Source of the DNA: a virus
Lineage: Duplodnaviria > Caudoviricetes
Length of the DNA stretch: 46,840 nucleotides
Virus record (IMG/VR): IMGVR_UViG_3300049889_000013
Coordinates: 1 to 46,840 of that record
Direction: 5' to 3' (one strand)
The translations under genes and the position numbers were made by a program. Within the stretch, counting starts at the first letter, position 1. Each line of letters starts with the position of its first letter. The notes beneath the pieces are model-generated. The model had not been told where the DNA came from. It worked only from the letters and a program-made list of their open reading frames with translations, and did not search any database. Positions 31,611 through 40,819 of the stretch are shown in pieces.

Positions 31611-33365
31611 TCAGCTCTCGATCTCGAAGGGGTCTGACGCCTTCGGCTTGGGGTAGAACTTCTCAGCCAGGCCGAACACATCGCCGGCCGAGCCCTCCGG
31701 ATAACTGATCTGCTCTTCCTGGAAGCGCGCCACTTCGTGCATGGCCATCTGCGCGTAGCCGAAGGCCAGCAGCAGGTCGTCGTGATCGCCGCGGGGAGCG
31801 CCGTACTCCAGATCCGCGTCGTGTGCTTCGTGGATGTCCTGGTTGGCGCGCTTCGGTCGGAATTGGAATTTGACCGCCTGGCGGTGCAGCTCGCGCGATC
31901 GAATGATCACGTCGGGCTCCATCAGGCGGCCGCGCCCGTCGCGCGGGCCGATCGCGCGGCGCAGGCGCGGAATGGTCAGATCGCCGGCGGTGCGGTGATG
32001 CCCGAGGTCGTTGGACTGGCGGCGGTCCCGGCTCTCTTCGTCGCGCCGGAAATACTGGTAGCTGTAGTGCATCTCGTCGAGCAGCCGGCGCATCACCATC
32101 AAACCCACCTGCCGCTCGCCGCACAGGAAGCAGTGGTTGTAGAGCCAGCCGAGCCCGAAAAGGATCTCGGCCCAACCGGAGTCGCCCCAATGCCCACAGG
32201 CCTCAGCCACCTGCTCGCCGGTCTCTCGATCGAGGATGACCGCCGCGTCGAAGTCGCCTTTGCGCAGCCCGTAGGCGCTGTCGTGACCGAGCACGTACTT
32301 GCGCCCCGGCACCGGCTTCTGGAAGATCGTGATGCGGCCGCGCTCCTGCAGCCCGTCGGCCACCCACGCCAGCAGCACGCGCTTGGTGATGCCGCCGCGC
32401 TCGGTGATCGTGATGCAGCGGGGATCGTCGGCGTTGCGCGCTTCGACGTAGGCAAATCGACCGTGCTCTCCCTCCTGCAGTCCCGGCAGCTGCTTCTCCA
32501 GCGCCAGCAGGTCGAACACCGGCGTGCCCGAGAAGTCGGCAAAGCCCCCGCCCAGGCGGACGCTGCGCTCGGCTTCGCTGTTGAACGTCTGCGAGTGGTA
32601 CCAGTCGCGATCGCCGGCGTCGGCGCCGGGGTTGTCGGTGATGCCGCCCTTGGCCCACACCCACAGCCGTGGGTGACTCTGCACGTCGAGCGCGTCCGCT
32701 TCGGCCAGGTGACTCTCCTGATGGTGCTTGAGCCAGGGCTGATAGAGATCGCGGTACATCCACGTCATCCCCTGCGTGGCGGTGGCGGCGAAGATGTAGC
32801 GCGTTTTGCGCAGCCCGCGGCGGCGCATCTTCATTTCGTTCCAGAGCGCTTCGGGCGGCTCTTCGTCGAACACAACCAGGTCCGGGTTGATGCCCTGCAC
32901 GTGCGTCCAGGAGCTGTCACCCGACACGAGGAACATCTGGGATCCGGGGAACGGCCCGCCGTGGAAGGTGTAAACGTGATCGACCTTGTTGTAGCTGAAA
33001 GGTTTGTCGAAGCACTCGGCCTCCAGCTGCGAGCGCAGGATCTTGAACTGTTTGAACGTCTCGCAGCACCAGATGATGATCAGCGGGCGCTTCGGGATCT
33101 TCTGCCAGGGGTGCGAGTGACTCACCCACCAATTCACTTCACAGCCGGCGGCGGTGGTTTTGCCGAACCCGTTGCCCGGGAACATGCAGCGCACGATGTG
33201 CGGAGCCTGGTGGAACTGCCGCTGTCCGCCCATGTGTGGCCGGTAGAAATCGCTCGGCCTGGCGGATTTGTGACCCTCGATCCGATCCTCGCGCTCGATC
33301 TGCTCGATGAGCGTGGCGCGTTCGTCGTCGGTCAGCGTGAAGATGTTCGTCTGCAGGGTTGTCAT
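31611..33365 (-). CDS. terL: Terminase large subunit
   Basis: Q..FH, Walker A GNGFGKT, Walker B VVFDEEPP, ATAT motif, nuclease YVLGHDSAYG...D and HDDLL; ATGA coupling with the sigma gene. Confidence 0.92.
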   Translation of the reverse strand: MTTLQTNIFTLTDDERATLIEQIEREDRIEGHKSARPSDFYRPHMGGQRQFHQAPHIVRCMFPGNGFGKTTAAGCEVNWWVSHSHPWQKIPKRPLIIIWCCETFKQFKILRSQLEAECFDKPFSYNKVDHVYTFHGGPFPGSQMFLVSGDSSWTHVQGINPDLVVFDEEPPEALWNEMKMRRRGLRKTRYIFAATATQGMTWMYRDLYQPWLKHHQESHLAEADALDVQSHPRLWVWAKGGITDNPGADAGDRDWYHSQTFNSEAERSVRLGGGFADFSGTPVFDLLALEKQLPGLQEGEHGRFAYVEARNADDPRCITITERGGITKRVLLAWVADGLQERGRITIFQKPVPGRKYVLGHDSAYGLRKGDFDAAVILDRETGEQVAEACGHWGDSGWAEILFGLGWLYNHCFLCGERQVGLMVMRRLLDEMHYSYQYFRRDEESRDRRQSNDLGHHRTAGDLTIPRLRRAIGPRDGRGRLMEPDVIIRSRELHRQAVKFQFRPKRANQDIHEAHDADLEYGAPRGDHDDLLLAFGYAQMAMHEVARFQEEQISYPEGSAGDVFGLAEKFYPKPKASDPFEIES

Positions 33366-34075
33366 GCGGCGTGACGTGCTCCCCCGTTGCCTTCGCGCGC
33401 GAGCGTTCGAAGTCGATCCTTCGCCGCGGCCGGCTCGTCGCTCAGCCGGGCGATCGCCGGCGCGATGCGCTGACTCACGGCCAGGCTGATCGTGCTGCTG
33501 TCCAGATCCAGCTGGCGGCCGACGGCTTCGTTGGTCATCCCGCACAGGAAGCGCAGCTTGAAGATCGTGCGGTCCCGATCGTCGCGCAGCAGCTCAAGCA
33601 TCTTCTCCCGGAAGTCGGCCAGCTCAGCGCACAGCTCGGGCCCGTCCAGGTGTGTCGGCAGGTCATCCCACAGATCCTGACCGTCGGCGGTCGGTGCATC
33701 GCCACTGACGCGGTTGTCGGTGTAGCCGAGCCGACGGCCGTGGCGCGACACCCAACCGAGTGACCGCACCGCGGCTTTGATCCGCAGCCTCAGCAGCGCC
33801 GACGCGTACAGCGTGAAGGATGGGTTGCGCTCAGGCTTCCAGTCGGAGAGCAGATCCAGCAGCGCGAAGAACGCCAGCTGGTGCAGATCGTCGTCGTCGA
33901 GCTCTTCGCCGCGGAAATAGTAGCTGCCGCCGGCGAAGGCCTCCGAGCGAGCGGCGCGCTTGGCCAGCGGCATGTAGACCATGAGCAGCGCGTTGCGCGC
34001 GGCCCAATTCATCGGATCATCCCGAAAGTTGGTCCAGTGCGGACCCGCCTGCAGATCGAGCGTTTCAAAGGGCAT
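33362..34075 (-). CDS. Phage sigma70-family factor (FliA/WhiG-like)
   Basis: Region 2 ARNALL..Y.PL...DDL.Q....L......PER...F..YA...RI....RS..WVSR; region 4 HTH RDRTIFKLRF..GMT..AVG..L. Confidence 0.8.
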   Translation of the reverse strand: MPFETLDLQAGPHWTNFRDDPMNWAARNALLMVYMPLAKRAARSEAFAGGSYYFRGEELDDDDLHQLAFFALLDLLSDWKPERNPSFTLYASALLRLRIKAAVRSLGWVSRHGRRLGYTDNRVSGDAPTADGQDLWDDLPTHLDGPELCAELADFREKMLELLRDDRDRTIFKLRFLCGMTNEAVGRQLDLDSSTISLAVSQRIAPAIARLSDEPAAAKDRLRTLAREGNGGARHAA

Positions 34076-34132
34076 TGGCCCAACTCACACACAGCCACCA
34101 AGATTTAGTCCGCGCGGGAACGCGGACGAAGA

Positions 34133-34498
34133 TCAGGCAGCTCGCTTGTGATGCAGGCAGTGGCCGTCGATGCAACGGCAGCGGATCTCCGCGCCTGTGA
34201 GGGTGACCAGCTCCACCGGCGGACGATCGTGCCCGTCGGCCAGGTCCATCACGCAGATCTGCAGCAGCGCCGCGCCGTTCTCATCGATCGGCGTGTACAG
34301 CCGGCGGAAGTCGACGTCGCGCAGGCCGTGCTCGGTGCCGGCGGTGTCGGTCAGGATCCAATCGCCCGGCATGAGGGTGATCAGGCCGGCGTGCGTGTCG
34401 AGCATGGCGAATTCACGCAGGCGGCGCGCCTGCAGGGTTTGAGCCCGCGGCCGGAACTCCTGGGCGGCGGACGTCTTCGGTTGGTTCACTTCGTGCAT
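34133..34498 (-). CDS. Hypothetical protein
   Basis: T..G......PGDWI...G........F...Y pattern; Cys/His C-terminus. Confidence 0.6.
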   Translation of the reverse strand: MHEVNQPKTSAAQEFRPRAQTLQARRLREFAMLDTHAGLITLMPGDWILTDTAGTEHGLRDVDFRRLYTPIDENGAALLQICVMDLADGHDRPPVELVTLTGAEIRCRCIDGHCLHHKRAA

Positions 34499-34557
34499 CC
34501 TTGCACAGCCACGTTTTACAAACTCGCCGCGGGGACGGCGTTGGTTTTACAGCTCAC

Positions 34558-34926
34558 TCAGCAGGCGCAGTTTCGCCGCTTCTTCCCGCATCGTCCACAG
34601 GAGCCCTTCACAGGCCCGCGCGAGTGCGGCGGCCGCGGCTTGCCCGGCTTCCGATAACGCTCCAGCCCCGGCGCGCTTATCGGCAGTCGAGCCCCGCCAC
34701 TTAACGCAATCCCACACAGCAGCGCCATGGCCAGCGTTGGGCTCTTGTGACCGTACGGCACATTCCGCCGCGGCCGATCGGCGATCACCTGCTCGATCGA
34801 CGGCGGGATCGGCGTGAAGTTCATCACCGGGCCGGCGGGGATTCCGCCGGTCTCGTTGGCCTGGGCGGTCAGCTCCTGATTGCAGGTGCCGTCGCCGTTC
34901 ATCACGATTACGCGTCGAGTGTCCAT
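34558..34926 (-). CDS. Hypothetical protein with C-terminal Cys cluster
   Basis: Coupled start (TAATG); ends CGRCGKKRRNCAC. Confidence 0.55.
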   Translation of the reverse strand: MDTRRVIVMNGDGTCNQELTAQANETGGIPAGPVMNFTPIPPSIEQVIADRPRRNVPYGHKSPTLAMALLCGIALSGGARLPISAPGLERYRKPGKPRPPHSRGPVKGSCGRCGKKRRNCAC

Positions 34927-35393
34927 TACGCTGCCTGCTTTCTCGCCGGCTCGGCCGACGCGAGGGTGGCGAAGATCTTCCGCGCGGCTTCGGCCAGCGA
35001 CAGCTCGTAGCCTTTGCGTCGATCGACGTTCAGCCGCGGTGTGCCGGGGAAGGTGCGCTGCAGCCGCTTCAGCGCCTTGGGATCGATGATTTTCTTGGCC
35101 GCGTCGGAACTGATGCCGCTGATCAGCTCGACCAGATCGGCGCGGCTGATGCTGCGGTTCTCGTACAGCTTGAGCACGCCGCTGATGCTGATCTCGCTGA
35201 CCGTGGTACCGTGCAGGTGACCTTCGAACAGATCGCCCAGGACGACGTCGCCAACCTCTAGGCCGGCTTTGACCTTCATCTTCACGCCGCTCTTCTTGTC
35301 GTCGATCCAGTGCTTCTCCAGCTCGCCGACCAGGCCGATGTAGTCCACGCGCACGTCACGCCGCGGCTTTCTTGCTTTGGCTTCCTTTGCCAT
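34926..35393 (-). CDS. Hypothetical basic protein
   Basis: GGAGG SD before ATG 35393; GC3-rich codons. Confidence 0.7.
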   Translation of the reverse strand: MAKEAKARKPRRDVRVDYIGLVGELEKHWIDDKKSGVKMKVKAGLEVGDVVLGDLFEGHLHGTTVSEISISGVLKLYENRSISRADLVELISGISSDAAKKIIDPKALKRLQRTFPGTPRLNVDRRKGYELSLAEAARKIFATLASAEPARKQAA

Positions 35394-36096
35394 TCGATCC
35401 TCCATGTTTGGGTGTTACGGTCTCGTCGGCGTCAGGATCACGGCCGAGCCGGCGCAACAGCCCCGGTGGCAGCAGATCCTCACGCCCCTCGAACTGCGCC
35501 AGCAGCTCGTCGTCGGTCATCTCCTGGCCCTTTTTCTTGGGCCCTTCCTCCTGCAGCTTGAGCTTGCTCGATTGCTCGTAGTGGCCGGTCAGCTCCAGAT
35601 ACAGCTTGCGGTCGGGGTGGCCATCACGTCCGGGAATCAACGCACTAAGCAGCAACGCCTCCAGCACTTCGCCCAGGCGATCGCCGACGGCGTCTTTGAT
35701 CGCGGCCGATGCGCGCGCCTTGAAGAGCGGATCCGCCATGTGCCGGTACCACGTGGCGCGGGCGATGCCGATCAGCTCGCAGCGTTGGATCACGGAGAGT
35801 GGGCGATGCTCAGGGTTGGCCAGCGATTCAATGATCTTCGCTTCGGTCTCGTCTCCCCCGCCGGCAGGAATGGTTTTATCAGGCCTGGCCTTGCGCGCGG
35901 CGTCGAGGGCGGACTGCTGGCGCTTGCTGGCGATGACGGCGGCAACGCGCGCCTTGGGCGACGTCGCCGCGGGGATGGGTTTGCGGGCCGGCTTCGATTT
36001 GGCCGGCGGATTATTGGCAGCGGCCCGCGCCCGCCCGCGCATGAAGCGCCCCGTGTTGTCGCGCGCAGACGCGGTGCTCTGTTGCTTCTTCGCCAC
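35356..36096 (-). CDS. Putative terminase small subunit (HTH)
   Basis: SV.QRCELIGIARATWYRHM.DP.F HTH followed by helices and DRKLYLELTG; heads the operon leading to terL. Confidence 0.6.
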   Translation of the reverse strand: MAKKQQSTASARDNTGRFMRGRARAAANNPPAKSKPARKPIPAATSPKARVAAVIASKRQQSALDAARKARPDKTIPAGGGDETEAKIIESLANPEHRPLSVIQRCELIGIARATWYRHMADPLFKARASAAIKDAVGDRLGEVLEALLLSALIPGRDGHPDRKLYLELTGHYEQSSKLKLQEEGPKKKGQEMTDDELLAQFEGREDLLPPGLLRRLGRDPDADETVTPKHGGSNGKGSQSKKAAA

Positions 36097-36100
36097 GTTG

Positions 36101-36129
36101 TTGACTGATTAACAATGCCATGGCATAGT
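36101..36129 (+). promoter_or_regulatory. sigma70-like promoter with overlapping operator
   Basis: TTGACT-17 nt-CATAGT; CAATGCCATGGCATAG at 36113-36128; lies at the divergence point of two operons. Confidence 0.7.
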
Positions 36130-36318
36130 CGGGAGACACACCACGGACGGCCCAGCCCCAGGGATCGGGAAACTCTAACCAAGGGTATCGGCGAAGAAAA
36201 GGCCAGGCACACAGCACATCCGGCCGCGACGGTCTGACCTAAACATAATTGGCATTACGGGACCGCGACAGAATCGCCCGTTAAAACCGAACCAAAACGC
36301 ACTTTTCAGGAGGGACAA

Positions 36319-36828
36319 ATGAACATCGACAAACCCGCCCCGCGACATGAGAAAATCGAGACCGTGGGGCTCATCGCGTGCTGCAAAGAAAAGCAGCCCT
36401 TCACCTGCAGAGCGGAGGATCTGTACATCTCGCCGCTGTTCACCAAAGCCAAGGCCTACATCCTCCCGCGCGTGGACACGTGGGCAATCCTCTCTGCGAG
36501 ACACGGCCTGCTCTTCCCCAACGCCAAATGCGACCCCTACAACACGTGCCTCGACGAGCTGAACGCGCTCGAACGGAAGCGCTGGTACCGCAAGGTGAAC
36601 AAACAGCTCCGCGCCTACTTCCCCGGCTCGCGCTTCATCGTCATCGCCGGCGCTCTCTACCGCGGCTGCCTCGAAGGTCTCGACGTGCGCGTGCCGCTGC
36701 AGAACCTCGGCATTGGCCAGCAGCTCCGCAAGCTCGACGAGTGGATCGCCGCCGACAAGCTCGCCCGGGCCGACACGCTCCAGCTCTCTGACGAAGAAAC
36801 CGCACAACTCATTCAGGAGGGAAAGTAA
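36319..36828 (+). CDS. DUF6884-like protein
   Basis: LIAC.KEK....RAEDLY.SPLF...W.ILSA.HGL..P....PYN..L...PL..LGIGQQL; family recalled, not searched. Confidence 0.7.
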   Translation: MNIDKPAPRHEKIETVGLIACCKEKQPFTCRAEDLYISPLFTKAKAYILPRVDTWAILSARHGLLFPNAKCDPYNTCLDELNALERKRWYRKVNKQLRAYFPGSRFIVIAGALYRGCLEGLDVRVPLQNLGIGQQLRKLDEWIAADKLARADTLQLSDEETAQLIQEGK

Positions 36829-37059
36829 ATGCGTACGCGCTCACACGTGCACAGTCAGGATCCGCGCAAGCCCGCGATCGTCGAGGCGCTGCGGAACAAG
36901 GCAAAGAGGACTGCCAGCACCAACATCCTCGCCGGCCGCGTCACTGGACTGACCGAAACCGCCAACGGGTTCGAGGCGATGGTGTTCATCAAAAGCCCCG
37001 GAGAGAGCGGCTACGGTCTGCCCCACCCGACGACGATCGGCCGATCGGAGGTTGGCTGA
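36829..37059 (+). CDS. Hypothetical protein
   Basis: AGGAGG SD; abuts the upstream stop. Confidence 0.65.
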   Translation: MRTRSHVHSQDPRKPAIVEALRNKAKRTASTNILAGRVTGLTETANGFEAMVFIKSPGESGYGLPHPTTIGRSEVG

Positions 37060-37061
37060 TC

Positions 37062-37364
37062 ATGGGGCACACCATCTCTTTCAAGATCGATTCGAATGAT
37101 CTGACCGCCATCAAGGAGATCCTCTACCGCGGCGCGAAGCTCTGCCAGCAAAGGGGCATCGACTACGACCAGGAAGACATGAGCATGGATCTGATCGCGG
37201 CCCACTCCAACGGTTGCCCGCTGGATTTTCGGAAACTGGCCAACGCGCCGGATCTTGATTTTGCGGCCGACCTGCTCGGCATCCGCCTCCACATGAATCG
37301 CGAGACCGGCAAGTTGAAGCACCGCTTCCGTCCTCGATGCGCTCAAAACGAGAGGCGGCTATGA
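37062..37364 (+). CDS. DUF6874-like phage protein
   Basis: MDL.A.H.NGCPLD..KL..A...DF..D..GI..H.NRETG.L...F.PR; family recalled, not searched. Confidence 0.7.
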   Translation: MGHTISFKIDSNDLTAIKEILYRGAKLCQQRGIDYDQEDMSMDLIAAHSNGCPLDFRKLANAPDLDFAADLLGIRLHMNRETGKLKHRFRPRCAQNERRL

Positions 37365-37552
37365 ACGAAAGCCAGCCACTTCAACGGCCGCGGCGAGTTG
37401 CCGCGCAGGGCGCGATCAACGTGAAGCACGCCAATGTGCATCGCGATCGCATGACGATTACCGGCGTCGATCACACCGGGCATCACTCCAAGAGCAAGCA
37501 CGTGGGCGGCCACGCGCCGAAGAAGGCTCGCAACCGGAAAGGCAGGCGCTGA
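37361..37552 (+). CDS. Small basic hypothetical protein
   Basis: ATGA coupling; GAGG SD. Confidence 0.55.
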   Translation: MNESQPLQRPRRVAAQGAINVKHANVHRDRMTITGVDHTGHHSKSKHVGGHAPKKARNRKGRR

Positions 37553-37827
37553 TGCCCACGATCCACGTGAGGCAGGAAAACGCGCCGAAGTGCCCGACGT
37601 GCGGGGAGATCCTCAGCGCGCACCTCTCGGCACCTTCGAACGGCGCAGATCCGCGCGGCCCTCAGCCTGGCGACGTGATCGTGTGCTCACAGTGCGTAAG
37701 CGCGCTGGAGATCATGCCGGATCAGTCCCTGATTGAGATCGACGACGTCCGCGCCGAGCAGCTGGTGACCCCGGAGGCGTTCGCGGAGATCCAGCGCTTC
37801 CGCCAGCTCAAGAAGGAGCAAGCGTGA
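37552..37827 (+). CDS. Zinc-finger protein
   Basis: CPTC...PGDV.VCSQC. Confidence 0.65.
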   Translation: MPTIHVRQENAPKCPTCGEILSAHLSAPSNGADPRGPQPGDVIVCSQCVSALEIMPDQSLIEIDDVRAEQLVTPEAFAEIQRFRQLKKEQA

Positions 37828-38054
37828 TCCACGTCCGCAACCACAGCATCAGGGGCGTGAAGAATCACTTGGTCAGGATCGAGCGCCCCATCTTCACGCT
37901 CTGCGGTCAGCAGATCGGAAAGTTCATCGCCGACGGCGGCGGGTGGGAGCCGAACAACGAGCCAGCAGATTGCCGGCGCTGCCTGGCGAAGCTCAACAGT
38001 GACCAGTGCCGGATCTACCGAGCAAAAGAAGGAGGCCAACGTGCCCAAGCGTGA
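37824..38054 (+). CDS. Small Cys/His protein
   Basis: AAGGAG SD; H...TLCG...CRRC. Confidence 0.6.
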   Translation: MIHVRNHSIRGVKNHLVRIERPIFTLCGQQIGKFIADGGGWEPNNEPADCRRCLAKLNSDQCRIYRAKEGGQRAQA

Positions 38055-38505
38055 TGAAGGCGCTAAGTGCGTCGTGTGCGGGTGCACCGACGAGCATGGC
38101 TGTGACGAGGGGTGTGAGTGGACGCTGCGCGATCCGCCCGTCTGCAGCTCCTGTGTGGCGAGGTATCTGATCGCCAAGCTGTGGGGCGTGGTGTTCTCTG
38201 TCGAGTCGAAGGTCTCGAAGGAGGCCGCCAGCGCGATCGAGGACGTGCGGAAGATCTACGGCCTGGTCGGGAAGGAGATGGCAGAGCGCTACGGACTGCC
38301 GACGCTCAAACAGGTCTGCCAGATCAACCGCAACGTGACGAAGTTCACCGCCCCGCCGGCGGGGTACAGCTCGCCCGCGCTGGCGCGGTGCGGCCACTGC
38401 GACAATGCGATCGTGATCCCCGCCGGCCAGAAGCGCGTGAAGTGCTCGCTCAAGACGTGCGGGCGATTCGTCTACCGCCAGGAAGGAGCCCGCCGTGGAA
38501 AGTAA
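38041..38505 (+). CDS. Multi-zinc-finger protein
   Basis: AAGGAGG SD + GTG; CVVCGCTDEHGC..GCEW...CSSC; CGHC...CSLKTC. Confidence 0.7.
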   Translation: MPKRDEGAKCVVCGCTDEHGCDEGCEWTLRDPPVCSSCVARYLIAKLWGVVFSVESKVSKEAASAIEDVRKIYGLVGKEMAERYGLPTLKQVCQINRNVTKFTAPPAGYSSPALARCGHCDNAIVIPAGQKRVKCSLKTCGRFVYRQEGARRGK

Positions 38506-38743
38506 CGCCGCTGTCGTGCGCGTGCTGCAGACGCTGATCGACAAGAACCCATCGACGATGAAAGACGCGCGCAGCGCCGTCGCGAATCACCAGCCGTCGG
38601 CCGACGTGAAAGAGTTTTACGCCAGCAACATCCTCACGACGCTGCTCACCCTCACGCCCGAGGATCTCTTTCAGCTGCTCGAAGGCCTGGAGAAGCGCCA
38701 CGACGAACATCAGGCGACGAAGAAGAAAGGAGCCCGCCATTGA
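38495..38743 (+). CDS. Hypothetical protein
   Basis: AAGGAG SD; overlapping operon arrangement. Confidence 0.6.
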   Translation: MESNAAVVRVLQTLIDKNPSTMKDARSAVANHQPSADVKEFYASNILTTLLTLTPEDLFQLLEGLEKRHDEHQATKKKGARH

Positions 38744-39027
38744 GCCAGGTACCAGGAGCAACCCCTGTTTTCGAAGAGTCGATCGGCGGATCTGTGATCG
38801 ACGCCGCGCGCATCAGCGTGATGGCAGCGATGCACCTGATCCCGATGGACGCCGACAACCCGCCGCGCATCGTCTTGCCCGGTGAAGACGAGGCGGACTT
38901 CGCGCCGACGGTGCACGAATGTCTGCAGCAGGCAATGCAGTGGCTGGATCACGCGCGGCAACTGACGATCGAGCAGGCTTCGACGCCGCCGACGTCGGTT
39001 CACATCATCACGCCAGGAGGCGGCTGA
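38740..39027 (+). CDS. Hypothetical protein
   Basis: AAGGAG SD; TTGA coupling. Confidence 0.6.
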   Translation: MSQVPGATPVFEESIGGSVIDAARISVMAAMHLIPMDADNPPRIVLPGEDEADFAPTVHECLQQAMQWLDHARQLTIEQASTPPTSVHIITPGGG

Positions 39028-39245
39028 TGCCCCGCGGGCCCAACACACCGCCGCCGCCGTTCAAGTTGAAGATGCGCGTGCGCATGACGCCCGCCGGCAG
39101 CTCCGCTTTCTTCGGCGAGCGATTCGGTACCGTCGTCGGTGCCTCGCGCGACAAGCTGGCCGTGCGCGTGCTGCGCGACAGCCACAAGACGGCCGGGACT
39201 TGGGCGCCGCACTATTGGGAGCCCATGCCGGAGGATCCAAAGTGA
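39027..39245 (+). CDS. Hypothetical small beta-rich (SH3-like?) protein
   Basis: AGGAGG SD, TGATG coupling; F.....VR.....GTVVG......V pattern. Confidence 0.55.
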   Translation: MPRGPNTPPPPFKLKMRVRMTPAGSSAFFGERFGTVVGASRDKLAVRVLRDSHKTAGTWAPHYWEPMPEDPK

Positions 39246-39643
39246 TCACGTTCGAAGGCGGCCCAGCGCACGATCAGATGCTCGCGATCCGTGGCGCGCC
39301 GGTGATGCTGCGTGTGGTGATCGGCCCCGGCGGGAAGCTCGACGCGCTCGACCAGCCGGGCGACGTCGCCGGCGAGAAAGAATCGATCCACGTCTACCGC
39401 CTGGCCAGCGAGGTCACTTGGATGTTCATCCGCGCGAGCAAGGGCATGGGCGGCCGCTGGCCGATGGCTGAGTACAAATACTACGAACCGCAGCCGATCG
39501 AGCTGCAGGTCCCGATCCGAGACAACAAGGCCTGGGGCGACTGGTGCGAATCAGTCCGCGCGAGCGTGATCGTGCAGCTCCATGCCGAAGGCTTGGGCGC
39601 CGTCGTCGCCAAGCTCCAACAGAAGGAGGCTCGTGATGTCTGA
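39242..39643 (+). CDS. Hypothetical protein
   Basis: GGAGG SD, GTGA coupling; F.GGP...DALDQ..D......E motif. Confidence 0.65.
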   Translation: MITFEGGPAHDQMLAIRGAPVMLRVVIGPGGKLDALDQPGDVAGEKESIHVYRLASEVTWMFIRASKGMGGRWPMAEYKYYEPQPIELQVPIRDNKAWGDWCESVRASVIVQLHAEGLGAVVAKLQQKEARDV

Positions 39644-40109
39644 GGTGATGAAACAGGTGGCCGCGCTCGAGGCTGAGCTCCAGCGGCCGCCGAAGCCGAG
39701 CGGGTACGTGATCGACGAGGGACAGCGGCAGGCGATCCTGCTGGCGATCGCGAAGCTGGCCAACGCCCGCGCCGGGTGGGATCCCATGCTCCGGGAGCTG
39801 GCCGCCGAGCTGAGCGATCCCTTGGCGATGAGCTTCAAAGACGGGCGCGAGGGTTACGACTACTTCCGGAAGGTCGACCATGACAAGCTGTGCCCGGTGG
39901 ATCCGCAGCCTGGCGAAGAGAACAACGCGCACCTGGGCGCGGTGATTCAGTGGATGCACGGCACGAAGAGCCCGGTGTTCACGCAGATGTTTTACACCGA
40001 CCCCGAGCAGCGGGATCTCCTGGGCGTCGTGCTGATTGCGATGGGACAGGAAGGCCTGCAGATGCTCATGCGGCTCAAGGAGCTGAACGACACGAAACAA
40101 GGGTCGTGA
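39636..40109 (+). CDS. Hypothetical protein
   Basis: AAGGAGG SD; last gene of the plus-strand operon. Confidence 0.65.
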   Translation: MSEVMKQVAALEAELQRPPKPSGYVIDEGQRQAILLAIAKLANARAGWDPMLRELAAELSDPLAMSFKDGREGYDYFRKVDHDKLCPVDPQPGEENNAHLGAVIQWMHGTKSPVFTQMFYTDPEQRDLLGVVLIAMGQEGLQMLMRLKELNDTKQGS

Positions 40110-40206
40110 GCGCTGGCTGTGGTGATCAGGCCCCCGCATCCCCCGGGACCCAACTGATTACACTGCAGCAGCGATCGCGCCCAGCATGGACGGGCAGGAG
40201 GCCAAC

Positions 40207-40243
40207 CAGCCGCGGCGAGCATGATGCTTGCCGCGGCTGTTTT
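40207..40243 (+). terminator. Intrinsic terminator between convergent operons
   Basis: CAGCCGCGGCGAGCA-TGA-TGCTTGCCGCGGCTG followed by TTTT. Confidence 0.8.
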
Positions 40244-40487
40244 AATTTGCGGGTTGTGTGGGCTTCACGTCAGGCGCTTTCGTCTGCAGGAAGCGCTTGC
40301 ACAGCTCGTCGAACGGCCGCGGCGTGATCCCGCGCTTCGCGCCGCCGCGGAGGATCTCTTCGGCGCGGCGAATGTTTACGGTCGGGCCGCCGGTGATCAG
40401 GCCGTATTGCCGGCAACTGTCGAGCTGCAGGAAGAACTCAGCGTGATCGACGGCGTCTTGCCAGGTCTCTTTGCTCCAGCGGCCCAT
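40242..40487 (-). CDS. Hypothetical protein
   Basis: TGATG coupling; MGRWSKETWQDAV... Confidence 0.6.
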   Translation of the reverse strand: MGRWSKETWQDAVDHAEFFLQLDSCRQYGLITGGPTVNIRRAEEILRGGAKRGITPRPFDELCKRFLQTKAPDVKPTQPAN

Positions 40488-40819
40488 CAAGATCCCCCGG
40501 CCGGCGGCGGTGGCGACTTGTCTGTCAGCTGGCCGATCGCCTGATCCAGCGCGTCCAGATAGGGCCCTTCGCCGGCGGCCGTCGTGCGGAACATCTTCAG
40601 CGCCTGCAGCACGGCCGCGTGAGTCTCGGCGTTCATCAGCAGGCTGCAGAGCCACACTCCTTGCGCAGCGCCAGCTCTCCCGACGAGCGCGTCCGCCAGC
40701 TCGATCGCCTGCACCGGCTCCATAACAACGCCCGTGCCCAAGGCATCAAGCACGACCTCGCCCTTTGCGTTGTTGCTGACCGACACCGCGCCGCCGGCGG
40801 GATCTGGTTGGGTGACCAT
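40487..40819 (-). CDS. Hypothetical protein
   Basis: TGATG coupling; AAGGA SD. Confidence 0.6.
   Translation of the reverse strand: MVTQPDPAGGAVSVSNNAKGEVVLDALGTGVVMEPVQAIELADALVGRAGAAQGVWLCSLLMNAETHAAVLQALKMFRTTAAGEGPYLDALDQAIGQLTDKSPPPPAGGS

Noticed and set aside
33366-33545. N-terminal extension of terL in the ORF track
   Set aside because: It overlaps the sigma gene; the ATGA-coupled start at 33365 is more plausible.
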